DNA from: Octopus sinensis
Lineage: Eukaryota
Assembly (NCBI RefSeq): GCF_006345805.1
Contig: NC_043004.1
Coordinates: 96,658,001 to 96,722,000, forward strand
DNA length: 64,000 nt
Direction: 5' to 3'
In this document: in pieces, positions 39,288 through 52,459 of the stretch
Layout of the letters: each line of letters opens with the position of its first letter
Numbering within the stretch: the first letter of the stretch is position 1
Notes under the pieces: model-generated
What the model saw: only the letters and a program-made list of their open reading frames with translations
What the model was told of the DNA's origin: nothing
The model's database searches: none
Translations under genes and position numbers: made by a program

Positions 39288-39975
39288 TGCAGATTTGTAT
39301 GTTTTATGTATGTATTCTCATGCATAAAGTTACGTATCTAGACATACTCATATATATTTAAATGATAAATTTCTGGAAAGTTTTACAGATTTTTACAGTT
39401 CCAGTGATGGATTGGATCTATAGTCTTCAAATTAGCTTTCTCTTTTCTGGTTTTGAGAAGCCTAATTTCTCAAGATTGGTACTTAGGCAGTGTTACATAT
39501 CATATCCCAGGGCCCCAATAATTACAGGTATAAACCTGAACTTGTAATCTAGCTAGAGTAACTGCAGATTTCTCAACAGTTCAGCATAGGTGTTCTCTTT
39601 TTCACTGATCTTCAGCTTTATATTAACATCCGCTGGGCAGCTAATTTCCATAACTGTGTACAGTTTCTCTTCTGTATCCCAAATTATTATATCAGGTCTG
39701 TTGTACTTACATTCTATTGAGGCCTTCACTGGTACGTTCCACCACTATTCCTTTTTATTATGAGTGGCTATGGCTTCTACCATACTGTAGGGTTTTATTT
39801 CCTTGTTCTTGGGATTATCCTTCTGTCAGATTTCATTATAGAGTGTCATAGCTACAACGTCTTCTCTCACCTGTAGATAATACCCTAATGACATTTTCAG
39901 ACAACTGCTTATGATGTGGGCGATATCTTAAGTGTGAACTCCACAAAGCCTGCATTTTATGGCTTTTCCTGCATC
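39288..39975 (-). mobile_element. Decayed Dong/R4-type RLE LINE 3' fragment inserted in (TATG)n
   Basis: Minus translation gives KCRLCG...HIISSC (zinc knuckle), WWNVPV, NRPDIIIWD, MEISCP and FIPVIIGALG. Confidence 0.9.
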
Positions 39976-40029
39976 ATGTATGTATGTATGTATGTATGTA
40001 TGTATTATGTATGTATGTATGTATGTATT

Positions 40030-40315
40030 TTTTTGAGTTCTTGAGAGAGTTCAAGCTAGTCGCTAACAGAGTAACGAAACTTTTTGAGTTAAGGAATTTC
40101 CAGGTGTTTGCAAATATGTGGTTGAGTTGGGTGTGTTGGTTGAATTGTTGAAAAATACACCCCAAGTATTTGCATCTATTCACATAAGAATCTCAGATGG
40201 AGAATTTTAAACATTTTTTAAAAATCTTCACTGAGCCACTAAAAGATTGGATCAGGAAAATTCCCATCAGATTCTTTTGCTCTTTTTCCATAAAACCCAA
40301 AGTGTATGCAAGTTT
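40030..40315 (-). mobile_element. More diverged 3' fragment of a related RLE LINE
   Basis: 40195-40300 is homologous to 39360-39465 (tttt...cagt/ctga...gattggatc). Confidence 0.55.
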
Positions 40316-40724
40316 TGTGTCTTTTTGTGCATGTGAATATATGCATGTTATTATTATTGTTCATGTATTTGTGAATATGATTGCATGCATATTTGGATGC
40401 AGGCATGGCTGAATGGTTAAGAGATTCTAAATATAGCCCCACAACATGGCATAGTGGCAAGTGTGTTTTACTACTTACGTCCTAATACGCTGACCCAAAC
40501 CACATAAGTAAAATGGGCAGATAAAAGCTGCGGAGGTCTGCTTGATTATATTCAAGGGTTCAAGAGTGTAGCTTGTCACATACTATGTAGCATTAATCCA
40601 GCATCACGATGATATTGATGCTACATGTGTTTGTACAATTTTCAACAGTTAGTAATTCAGGTCTTTGAACAACTGAATACTCATCTTTGCAACCACCAGA
40701 GGATCTACAAATGCATAATTGTAT

Positions 40725-41180
40725 GTGGCAGAAATGTTAGCACTCCAGACAAAATGCTTAGCGGTATTTCGTCTGTCTAAGGCTGCGAGCTGGCAGAAAC
40801 CTTAGCATGCCGGGCAAAATGCTTAGGGGTATTTCGTCTGCCGTTACGTTCTGAGGTCGACTTTGCCTTTCATCCCTTTCGGGGTCGATAAATTAAGTAC
40901 CAGTTACACACTGGGGTCGATGTAATCGACTTAATCCGTGTGTCTGTCCTTGTTTGTCCCCTCTGTGGCCCCTTGTGGGTAGTAAAGAAATAGGTATTTC
41001 GTCTGTCTTTATGTTCTGAGTTCAAATTCTGCCAAGGTGGACTTTGCCTCTCATCCTTTCAGGGGTCGATAAATTAAGTACCAGTTGCATACTGGGGTTG
41101 ATCTAATCGACTGGTCCGCCCCACCCCTCACCCCCCGCAAAAAAAAGAAAATTTCGGGCCTTGTGCCTAGAGTAGAAAAG
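40725..41180 (+). mobile_element. SINE B copy (40779-40992) nested in another B-type SINE
   Basis: 16-bp TSD ggtatttcgtctgtct at 40763-40778 and 40993-41008. Confidence 0.9.
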
Positions 41181-41784
41181 AATGTGTGTGTGTGTTTGTA
41201 TGTTTATATAAAAATCATGTATAAAAAATGCAACAAATTCTATATCACATGAACCATCAGACAATTTCACAAGTGTATTAAAGAACACCACTGTACTAAT
41301 GCATCGCCCATCAACAATTATGCACACAAATGCCACACCCAAGACAACCAGGTTTCCATTGAAGCTACACAAAAAAACATTGGGAAGCTCTTTCAATTAA
41401 GAAATACACACTACATATTAGTGACGAATCAGAGATGCATACTGTCGATTGGTTACTATAGAGATGCATATTAAATACACACACTCTGCAGGAAAGAGAA
41501 GTCAGTGGATAACAACTTTTCTCCAAAGATTTCCCGAGGAATGGGTCTTAATTCTGAAATAATGTAATACTTGCTAAAACTATCAACCGCTTTTATTTTT
41601 TTATAAATTACAATGTTTTGGCTTATAAAATATAATTAAAATAATATATGTAGAAACACACAGACACACACACACACACAAAAGAGTTCACACATACACA
41701 CAAGAGTTCACACATATACATGCACAAGCAAATATACACATACACACACGCATATACACACATACACATTTCCAGATATATTCT

Positions 41785-42169
41785 CTTTTTTTTTTTTTAC
41801 TTGTTTCAGTCATTTGAGTGCGGCCATGCTGGAGCACCACCTTTTAATCGAGCAACTCGACCCTGGGACTTATTCTTTGTAAGCCCAATACTTATTCTAT
41901 CTGTCTCTTTTGCTGAACCACTAAGTGACGGGGACACTAAGTGCTAGGGGGACAAACACAGACACACAAACATACACGCACACATATATATATATACACA
42001 TTTATACGACAGGCTTCTTTCAGTTTCTGTCTACCAAATCCACTCTCAAGGCTTTGGTTGGCCCGAGGCTATAGTAGAAGACACTTGCCCAAGATGCCAC
42101 GCAGTGGGACTGAACCCGGAACCATGTGGTTGGTAAGCAAACTACTTACCATACAGCCACTCCTGCGCC
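41785..42169 (-). mobile_element. SINE family A (internal deletion)
   Basis: Reverse copy. Confidence 0.9.
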
Positions 42170-42825
42170 TATAGTATACAATTTTTCCCCTACTTGAATG
42201 TGTTTGTGTGAAACAGTCTGTGTGTCTATGTTTGGCTATTCAGTTTCATCCCACTCCATTAGGAACATTTGGCCTCGGCAGACAGTGAATGCAGTTTTCA
42301 GTCTTGGGAAATGATAATCCTAGCACTTCTGTTCCATATGACTGCAAGATGTCTTCTGCAGTGTGTCCCTACTCTTCTCCTTTCACCCTTCCCATCTCTT
42401 AAGCAGTTCTATGGATTTATAGTTTTCTCATCAGAACATCAGCATCACTACTCTGGCCATTACAGTTTACATTTATTGTACACTTGAGACATTTTTTGTG
42501 TATTCAAGCATGCATATATGTGTGCCTCTGTATTTATGTATCTGGGCCTGTGTGTCTGTTAACTTTCATTTTCTTTTGATTATTTGAATTCTTTACATAA
42601 TGAAAGAGTAAAGAAGGAGCTTTGGTTTGCAACAAAGGGACAGAGTGCCAAAAGCTGGGGTTTAAATAACAACTATGATGAAGAATGGTTTTGTTTACAC
42701 TTTCCTGTCCTACTTATAGATAGTATTTCCAAAGTGAATATCAGCTGGTTGCTTTCTTTGCCTGGAAACCCCAGCTTTTTCAGACTGCCATTTAAATATT
42801 TAGTAATATAGCTTAGTGCACTAAT

Positions 42826-43145
42826 AATTCCTTTTTGTCACCATTTTCAAGCCTAGCCAGGCTCATGGGCCCGGTTTCCCAGTTTTTGTGGTGTATGTGT
42901 TCCCCCCAGCTGGATGGGACGCCAGTCCATCGCAGTATTACTCAAGAAACAGGAAGAGAGAGAGAGTCAGAGAAAGTTATGGTGAAAGAGTACAACAGGG
43001 GTCGTCACTACCCCCTGCCAGAGCCTCATGGAACTTTTAGGTATTTTCGCTTAATAAACACACACAACGCCCGGTCAGGGAATAGAAACCACGATCCTAC
43101 GAGCATGAGTCCACTGCCCTAACCACTGAGCCATTGCACCTCCAC
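42826..43145 (-). mobile_element. SINE family C with V-domain-like module
   Basis: Same structure as 17692-17996. Confidence 0.8.
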
Positions 43146-43207
43146 ACATTAATAATTATAGGTATAAATGTGAATTTCTCTAAAATGCAAGTAGTGACAC
43201 TATAGGA

Positions 43208-43427
43208 CAGTGGTTTTCAAACAGGGTTCCACGGAACCTTAGGGTTCCGTCAGTACAGTGCAGGGGTTCCGCAAGAAGTTACAAAACTGCTAAAATCGGC
43301 AGTAATTTTTAAGTCTCCTATGCAGATATTGTGTTCATAAGACTATTAAATTATTGCACAGGGGTTTCTCGAGCCAGTGGAATGTTTCCTTGGGGTTCCG
43401 CTCCAGCAAAAGGATTGAAAAGCACTG
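43208..43427. mobile_element. hAT (Charlie-like) MITE
   Basis: TIRs CAGTGGTTTTCAA / TTGAAAAGCACTG; perfect 8-bp TSD ctatagga. Confidence 0.9.
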
Positions 43428-44031
43428 CTATAGGATCTTAAGCAGTTGTTAGTCCCTAACTTTGAAAGGAACGTTCAAAGTTGCAGAACAGCTAACCTTT
43501 CTGATTGCCCATATGTTTTCTTTCTGTTTGATGATTCCATATCAGACCAGTTAAGTTTATATTTGACAGAAGCTTTGATAGGTATGTTCCATCAGTATTC
43601 CTTATGTTGAGTAATAATTATATACTCAGCAGCAGAAATATTTTCTATGTTGATCTGAAGCATTCTTTCCTTCAGCATCACTACAAATGTAAAATCTTTG
43701 ACAGAAATGTGACATCATCAACAATCTTGGTTGCATCTTGAGAGGCTGACAATCACTTAGCTTCTGTCAATGTAAATTTGTTATTGAATGGGTTCTAAAG
43801 AATTCAGCTGTGTAGAGGCCAATGATTCCCAGACAATTGGTTTGTTTTTTAGAAATTGCTACTAAAAGGATTACTACAATAATAGGAGTCAACAGGAAAT
43901 TAAGCTAGTTTTTCTAGACAAAACCAATAGTTACTTTATCTTGACAACAATCCCCGTAGCATTCACACAAAAATATATACTCATATATATATCTTTGTGC
44001 ATGCATGTGTGCATGTATATGTGTATAAATA

Positions 44032-44893
44032 TGTGTGGGCTGATCAATAAGTATCCGGACTGTGGCGATAGTAACGAAGCTAAAGCATGGAGAGTGAAGC
44101 CACTTGACACAGATTAGCCTTGAACTCTGTTGTGCAAGTGCACTAAGTTTCAACGTTCTAGCTCACCTCTGCTGTTTACAGCAGGGCTTTGAAGGATTGT
44201 GTGTAGTGTGTGATTGACACATTGATCATGTTAGAGAAAGCTGAATAGAGAATCTGCATCAAGTCTTGCCAAAAGTTGGTGATACCTGCTGAGAGGCTGA
44301 GCAAAGTTTTCAAATAGTTTTCATAATTCTCAACACAATCAAGGAGATGAAATCCTCATGTCTTTTTGGTCAGCTGGAAGTAGTTTTGGCACAAACTTGG
44401 CTGACATCTGTCTCATACTCAAATCTTCAGTGATAATGGACTGAACTGAACTATAACTAAACTGACTTTCTCTGATAACTCACAAATGGTGATTCGATGA
44501 CTTCTTTTTACATCTGTAATGCTTTTCTCTGGTTGTGGGTCTCCCAGAATGTCCGTCAATATTAACTTTTTTTGGCCATCTTGGAAATGTCTGAACCTTT
44601 CATACACGTGTGTGACTCATGCTCTCCTCTCCGTACGTTTTCTACAACGTTGCATAGGCCTCTGAGCAGGTATCGCCATGACAACTTTCTCTGTCATGGT
44701 CGATGTGATGATCACATGCTACACACCTTCCTTCCAAGCACTGCTGCAAACAGAGGAAGTGAGCTAGAATGTTAAAACTTAGTGCACATGAACAGCAGAG
44801 TTTAAGGTGAATCTGTGTCATGCAGCTTCACTCTGCATGCTTTGGCTTCATTACCATGGCAACAGTCCAGATACTTATTGATCAGACGTCGTA
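44032..44893. mobile_element. Mariner relic made of two left ends in inverted orientation
   Basis: Termini tgtgtgggctgatcaataagtatccggact / agtccagatacttattgatcagacgtcgta. The + arm (44032-~44305) encodes EKAE*RICIKSCQKL. The - arm (~44305-44893) encodes mariner N-terminal motifs YGEESMSHTRVYE, GHSGRP, ITICELSEKV and MSAKFVPKLL. Confidence 0.85.
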
Positions 44894-44900
44894 TGTCTAT

Positions 44901-44940
<40 letters not shown>

Positions 44941-45611
44941 ATATATACACACATGCATATATACATACATACATGCACATATAAATGTTTTAACATTTGC
45001 TTTTCTATATCAGATAGAAATCAGTGAGTCGGGCTTTTTTTAATAGACAGATGCTCTTCCTGTCAGAAGATCCAATGTAAGGAATCTGTAGAAGAAATAT
45101 GTGTGTGTGTGTTTGTGTGTGTATGTGTGTACATATGTGAGTGTGGAGATTTGTTCATACCCTTGTCTTGACATCATTATTGTTAATGAATATTGTCAAA
45201 CAATCAATGTTGTTTGCTTCCAGTTTTCCATGGAAAAAACGTGTCTAGCCATGGAGAAATATCAACTTGCCTGAAAACAAGTGAGGGTTGGCAGCAGGAA
45301 GAGCATCTGGCTGTACAGAATCTGTCTTAAGAAATTGTGTCTGACCCTCATAAGCATGGAAAAGGAAACATCAAATGATGACAATAATGAGGAGGAGGGG
45401 GAGGAGGCAGAAGAGAGGGAGAGGAGGGAGATGATGATCATTGTAATGATGATGATGATGATGGCCACTACTTACAGCTGTTATGGCCACAACTCTCTTC
45501 CTCAGACTACCTTGTCTATTTCTAAATTATCTCCTCCTGAATTGATGAATCGGTCATTCCCCTTCTATAGCTTTCAAGTCTCAATTATTTAGTTCCTCTC
45601 CGCCTTGGCTG

Positions 45612-45882
45612 GCTCCTTTGCCGCTGGCACGTTAAAAGCTCCAACCGATCGTGGCCGATGCTGGACCCCCCCGCCCTGGCACCTGTGCAGGTGGCACGTA
45701 AAAAGCACCCACTACACTCGCGGAGTGGTTGGCGTTAGGAAGGGCATCCAGCCGTAGAAACTCTGCCAGATCAGATTGGAGCCTGGAGCAGCCCCTGGCT
45801 TCCCAGACCCCAGTCGAACCGTCCAACCCGTGCTAGCGCGGAAAACAGACGTTAAACGATGATGATGATGATGATGATGATG
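45612..45882 (+). mobile_element. SINE family D
   Basis: Tail ggcgttaggaagggcatccagcc...gacgttaaacgatgatg. Confidence 0.9.
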
Positions 45883-46344
45883 ACTACAGTTTCACATAAT
45901 TTCTAATGTTTCCTCATTACTGTATACATTCTTTTCAATTAATTAATCAACTTTCTCGTTTTGTCTAAGGGCTTATAAAAATCTATGAGTGTCACTTTTC
46001 TCATGCAATGCTTTGTATACAATCATTGATCTTTAAGTCTTGCTATCCAACTGGCTCCCTCCCTCCACCCACACACACACAAGCTATCAATTTTATATTT
46101 CTCCATAACAGATCAAACAAAGAATGATCTATGTGTTAATGGTCAGGTTCTTATATTTCTTCTATTTCACTTAGATTTTAACACAAATGCCAGTCTTATT
46201 TCACAATATTTCTATAATGTCAATTCTGTTTATCGTTATCAAATCTAAGTTTTTTAATTATTTTCTGTACAAATGAGTTCATAATCAGTTAATTGTAGTT
46301 CATTATCTTCCACCACTTTGCCTCCTGCATTTTCTCTCTCTTTA

Positions 46345-47738
46345 CTCTTTACCCTCTTTTACTTGTTTCAGTCATTTGACTGCGGCCATGCTGGAGCACC
46401 GCCTTTAGTCGAGCAAATCGACCCCAGGACTTATTCTTTGTAAGCCCAGTACTTATTCTATCGGTCTCTTTTGCCAAACCGCTAAGTGACGGGGACGTAA
46501 ACACAACCAGCATCGGTTGTCAAGCAATGCTAGGGGGACAAACACAGACACACAAACATACACACACACATATATATATACATACATATATACGACAGGC
46601 TTCTTTCAGTTTCCGTCTACCAAATCCACTCACAAGGCTTTGGTTGGCCCGAGGCTATAGTAGAAGACACTTGCCCAAGGTGCCATGCAGTGGGACTGAA
46701 CCCGGAACCATGTGGTTGGTAAGCAAGCTACTTACCACACAGCCACTCCTGTGCCTATATACCATACTTTTAATCTTACAATGCACTTCAGTATTTTTAC
46801 TAAAATCATGAACTGGTTGGAATAAGATGTTTCTTATGATTTCAAGAGTACCATTCTAATTGTTTTCTTTCAGTGTATAACCAGATGCTAATAGGTGCAG
46901 GAGTGGCTGTGTGGTAAGTAGCTTGCTTATCAACCACATGGTTCCGGGTTCAGTCCCACTGCATGGCACCTTGGTCAAGTGTCTTCTACTATAGCCTGCC
47001 TCAGGCTGACCAAAGCCTTGTGAGTGGCTTTGGTAGATGGAAACTGAAAGAAGCCCATCGTATATATGTATATATATGTGTGTGTGTGCTTGTGTGTCTG
47101 TGTTTGTCCCCCCACCCACCAAGCATTGCTTGACAACCGATACTGGTGTGTGTATGTCCCGTAACTTAGTGGTTTGGCAAAAAGAGACTGATAGAATAAG
47201 TACAAGACTTACAAATAATAAGTCCTGGGGTTGACTTCCTTGACTAAAGGTGGTGCTCCCGCATGGCCGCGGTCAAATGACTGAAACAAGTAAAAGAGTA
47301 AAAGAGATGCAGATCTATGTGCCTTGGTTATATCAAGGATTATGTTATGGCTCTATATTTCCTATAGGCGCAGGAGTGGCTGTGTGGTAAGTAGCTTGCT
47401 AACCAACCACATGGTTCCAGGTTCAGTCCCACTGCGTGGCATCTTGGGCAAGTGTCTTCTGCTATAGCCCCGGGCCGACCAATGCCTTGTGAGTGGATTT
47501 GGTAGACGGAAACTGAAAGAAGCCTGTCGTATATATGCATATATATGTATGTGTGTGTGTTTGTGTATCTGTGTTTGTCCCCCTAGCATTGCTTGACAAC
47601 AAATACTGGTGTGTTTACGTCCCCGTCACTTAGCGGTTCGGCAAAAGAATAAGTCCCGGGGTCGATTTGCTCGACTAAAGGTGGTGCTCCAGCATGGCCA
47701 CAGTCAAATGACTGAAACAAGTAAAAGAGTAAAAGAGT
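46345..47738. mobile_element. Cluster of three SINE A copies: 46345-46757(-), 46894-47306(+), 47366-47738(+)
   Basis: Three near full-length copies; the first two are head-to-head. Confidence 0.9.
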
Positions 47739-48275
47739 ATAGTATTAACATTATTCTACATTTGTGTCCAGTGTCTAGTAGTGTCTTTCTGTAAAGGTCC
47801 CGTGATTGTAGTATTCATCTGCATCTTATTTTATCATCTACAAGATGTCTTTTATTATGGGAATTGTTTTGCTTTCATTCTCCATATTCTAGTTTGTTTC
47901 CAACTAACTTTTTGCATAAAGATAATTTCTCCCTTTCTTTTAAGGATGTATTACCTTCTGTAAGGACTCTTATGTCAGCAATATCCAGCCAGTTTCTTCT
48001 TTTGGTATTTCTTAATGATGGTATAACTTACAATGTTATCAGTGGCTGTTGTTGTTTTTCCCATCGCTGGAATTGACATCATTGTCATTCCTGTCATCGT
48101 CATACTTGCCGTCATCACTCCCATTGCTGTCATCACCATCATACTGTCGTCGTCATCATCATATATTTACAAAAAGGAAAAACAATGTCAGTTTACCATC
48201 ACAAAACTAAGACTGGAATCAATTTATGCTAGAATGATGACAACTTAGAAAATGTCAAATGCCAGTTAATGCTAT

Positions 48276-48335
<60 letters not shown>

Positions 48336-48495
48336 CACACACACACACAAACACACACACACATACCCAAACACACACACACAAACACACACACACACAC
48401 ACAAACACACACAAACACACACACACAAACACACACACACATACACACACACACAAAACACACACACACACACACACAAACACCACACACACACA

Positions 48496-48570
<75 letters not shown>
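48276..48570. repeat. Long (CA)n microsatellite
   Basis: Direct reading. Confidence 0.95.
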
Positions 48571-48573
<3 letters not shown>

Positions 48574-49039
48574 GTCTATCTCTTCTCTATTGGTCTGTTC
48601 CTCTCTCTTTTGTGTTCATATATGTGCAAACAAGTACGGAGATTAATACAATTAAAAAAAGCATTCCAGGTGAAATTATGTTAATTTTGCTACAATTTAT
48701 TTCAATAAAAGTTTCAATTTATTCCTTGTGTTTCAGCAAATGCCACAGATTTTTTTTCCCTCCATTTCCGTCAAAGAGAAAATAATGCCTGCAAGCTGTT
48801 TGTGTGAATCATTTGGTTATATTTTGAAAATGTGTCAGCAAAGTATTTAATCATGTAGTTAGTTATTTTGGTATTATAGTTAAAAAAGAGAAATTGCTTG
48901 AATGTTGGATGGAATAAACTGACATACAACCTGTGTGTGTGTCTCCATGCATGTATCTGTATCTCCATACATCTTCAGTGAGTTTGATATACTTTATAAG
49001 GAACTTAATTTCATTGCTGCAGTTGTTATAGCTGCTGCT

Positions 49040-49418
49040 GCTGTTGCTGTTGAGTGAACGGTCTTCGTCCCAGAGCTCGCAAGATGGGAGAAGTCCGAAA
49101 CGTGGTCCTTTGCTATTCGTAAGACCCGCAGAAGAGAAAGCAGGTCAACCCCTGACACTGAGAGCATCGATGAATGAATGAATGCATATCCAAGCTCAGC
49201 AGTTGCATAGGAAGTCGGGGATGAGAAACAGGAAGTAAGAGTGAGAGAAAGTTGGAGCGAAAGAGTACAACAGGGGTCGCCACCACCCCCTGCCGTAGCC
49301 TCGTGGAGCTTTAGGTGTTTTCGCTCAATAAACACACACAACGGTTGGTCTGAGAATCGAAACCGTGATCCTCCAACCACGTGTCCGCTGCCCTAACCAT
49401 TGGGCCATTGCGCCTCCA
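49040..49418 (-). mobile_element. SINE family C with a third type of 3' module
   Basis: Family C head at right; TSD-like tgttatagctgct on both flanks. Confidence 0.8.
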
Positions 49419-49837
49419 CTGTTATAGCTGCTCTATTAGAAGTTCGATGCTGTGATTCAACTTGCAGATATTCAGCAACTTTCCTGAGACTTTCTTTTCT
49501 TCTAAATTCTGTCTACTTACATATATATAGATGTGCAGTGGAAGCAATGTGGAACATAATGTGGATTGCCTTTGAAATCCGAGCATATTTTTGTGACTTC
49601 AGGATCAATCCAATTGTAATAGTCATTTAGTATGGAAGAGAACCTGGAGCATGGTTGTACCAGTGTGCTCCTTGCTTTCCATGGTAAGTTTTTCTTCTTC
49701 CTTCTTTATTGTTTATAACTTGGTCTGGGTCTGGTGGTGGGCAACAGCCTTGTAGTATTTGAAACCGGTGTCTTCATTTCACATCTTTAACCAGTGAACA
49801 GTGAAGAATTTTTTTATTGTCATCTTTTAATTTTTCG

Positions 49838-50248
49838 TTACTCTTTTACTCTTTTACTTGTTTCAGTCATTTGACTGTGGCCATGCTGGAGCACCGCCTT
49901 TAATTGAGCAACTCGACCCTGGGACTTATTCTTTTGTAAGCCCAGTACTTATTCTATCAGTCTCTTATGCCGAACCGCTAAGTAACAGGGACATAAACAC
50001 ACCAGCATTGGTTGTCAAGCAATGCTAGGGGGACAAACACAAACACACAAACACACACTTGCATATATATATATACATATATATGACAGGCTTCTTTTCA
50101 GTTTCCATCTACTAAATCCACTCACAAAGCTTTGGTCGGCCCGAGGCTATAGAAGAAGACACTTGCCCAAGGTGTCACACATTGGAACTGAACCCGGAAC
50201 CATGTGGTTGGTAAACAAGCTACTTACCACACATCCACTCCTGCGCCT
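49838..50248 (-). mobile_element. SINE family A
   Basis: Full-length reverse copy. Confidence 0.9.
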
Positions 50249-50640
50249 ATTTTTATTAATTTATTTGATTAATTTCTAAAGTACAAGGGATTTTTGTTAA
50301 ATTTGGTGTGTGAATCTATAATTAAGTAGTGATGTGTGTGACTTTTGCTTTAGCAATGGATTAAGAAGTGTGATGCCAAAAAGTATAATAGAACCATCTA
50401 CATCATAAGACAAACCTACTGAAATATACTTTCAGTAGTTTTGTCTTATGATGTTGGCAGTCTTCAACTGCTATTCTTTAGTAGCTCGAAGAGATACATT
50501 TGGCACAATTTCCATTCTCTTTCATTGTAAGCCTGTCACTTATGTGACACATATTATACATGCATAACTGAAAATTGGGTGACTAATTGTTTTATAGGTT
50601 GCTATAATTTTTTATTTCTTCGGAGAATTTGTAGATGTGA

Positions 50641-51243
50641 TACCAGTGCCGGTGGCACGTAAGAGAACCATCCGAACGTGGCCATAGCCAGTGCTGCCCG
50701 ACTGGCCTCTGTGCCGGTGGCACGTAATAAGCACCATCTGACCGTGGCTGTTGCCAGCTTCGTCTGGTCCCCGTGCCGATGGCATGTAAAAAGCACCATC
50801 CGATCATGGCCATTTGCCAGCCTTGTCTAGCACCTGTGCTGGTGGCACGTAAATAGCACCCACTACACTCACGGAGTGGTTGGCATTAGGAAGGGCATCC
50901 AGCTGTAGAAACACTGCCAGATCTGACTGGGCCTGGTGCAGCCTTTTGGCTTCCCAGACCCCAGTTGAACCGTCTAACCCATGCCAGCATGGAAAGCGGA
51001 CATTAAATGATGATGATGATGATGATGATAATTGGCCACAGGGGACTAAACATAGATGGGACAAACAAGGACAGACAAAGGGATTAAGTCGATTACATCG
51101 ACCCAGAGTGTAACTGGTACTTATTTAATCGACACCAAAAGGATGAAAATCAAAGGTGACCTCGGCGGAATTTGAACTCAGAACGTAACGGCAGACGAAA
51201 TACCACTAAGCATTTTGCCCGGCATCCTAACGATTCTGCCAGG
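50641..51243. mobile_element. SINE D (+, 50641-51028, four internal repeats) adjacent to SINE B (-, 51035-51243)
   Basis: Recognised cores and tails. Confidence 0.9.
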
Positions 51244-51340
51244 TTAATATATCTTTCCTCCATATACTACCAACCATTGATTTTAGAATATTGTTTCTTT
51301 GTTGAGCATGATCTGTCATTTTATAGCAGTTTGGTTAGAA

Positions 51341-52190
51341 AGTAAGCATTGCATTGAAGGTGATTTTTAAGATCAGTTTGTGATTCCAGATATAGTATAA
51401 GAGTAGAAACTTGGAGAGGAGGCACACATATGAACATAATAGCCACTGGTAGCTAGTATAAGATGTGAAAAACCATTGCTTATTATTTCATTATTGCTGT
51501 ACATTTTATTTTATTACATTTCTTCAAGACTTTTATTTTTATGTTTTGATGATGGTTCAGAAGAAATGAACAGAGCCTATAGCCTTCATAGAACTTATAC
51601 AACCAGTAAGATTGGATTGCAGTAATCGATGCCCTTCATTGTGAACAAGTTGTTGATTGCTTGAAATACACTGTTTTGGAAGGAATGTGAGAAGGGTGAG
51701 TTTTTAGAGAAGAAGAACTGTAATTAGTGTTTAGTGATGGACCTGGAGTGGGGCTGCTAAATGGGTAATGCAAAAAGTAAAGATTTTGTTTTGTGAACCT
51801 TGTTGGTGATAGTATGGGTCCAAATTGCTCCCCAAAGCAGAAAATATTGTAGTAGCAGTCAAAAAGTTGGAATGAGGAACCCAGTAGAACTTAAGGGCCA
51901 TTAGTTGGGAAGTATTGACTACATAGCTGACGTTAAATTTGATTTTGGGATATGTAAGGAAATTATTTTAGAAGTGTAAATTTATGGAAATGAGTAATTG
52001 TGAAACTGTCCGGTGAACCAGAGATGTTAGACACAGTAAGCATTGTGTTGAAGGTGATGTCTAAGATCACAAGTTGTGACTTCAGATATAGCATAAGGGT
52101 AGAAACTTGAATTAGATGCACATGTATTAACATAATAACCACTGGTAACTAGTATCAAATGTGAAAAACCCGAGATGTTTAACACAGTAG
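51341..52190 (-). mobile_element. Highly decayed Penelope-like element remnant with ~135-bp direct repeats
   Basis: Direct repeats at 51341-51474 and 52035-52170. The minus strand between them gives fragments ALGSNLDPYY and THPSHIP, resembling PLE RT motifs AMG..MGPSY and HPSH. Confidence 0.4.
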
Positions 52191-52459
52191 AGAAGGTGTG
52201 GTTAAAGGGTGTTAAGAGTTTCAAAAAGGCAGCACCATCATATATATATATATATATCGACCAGTAGATAGATATATTATATATTCATATATATATATAT
52301 ATATATACAATAATGGTTTGAGATACAGGTTAATTTGTTCCCAGAGATTACTTGTAAAGTGAAAACTCATAAAGCAGAGCAATAATTTCCCATGAATAGC
52401 AATGTTATAACTCATAATTCACTCCCAGAAAAATATTTTACCTGTAAAATTTATAACAA

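Noticed and set aside
49066-49115. GAAA-CGTGG-TC segment with stem-I-like pairing in a SINE tail
   Set aside because: The CUGANGA core is absent (reads CTCGCAAGA).
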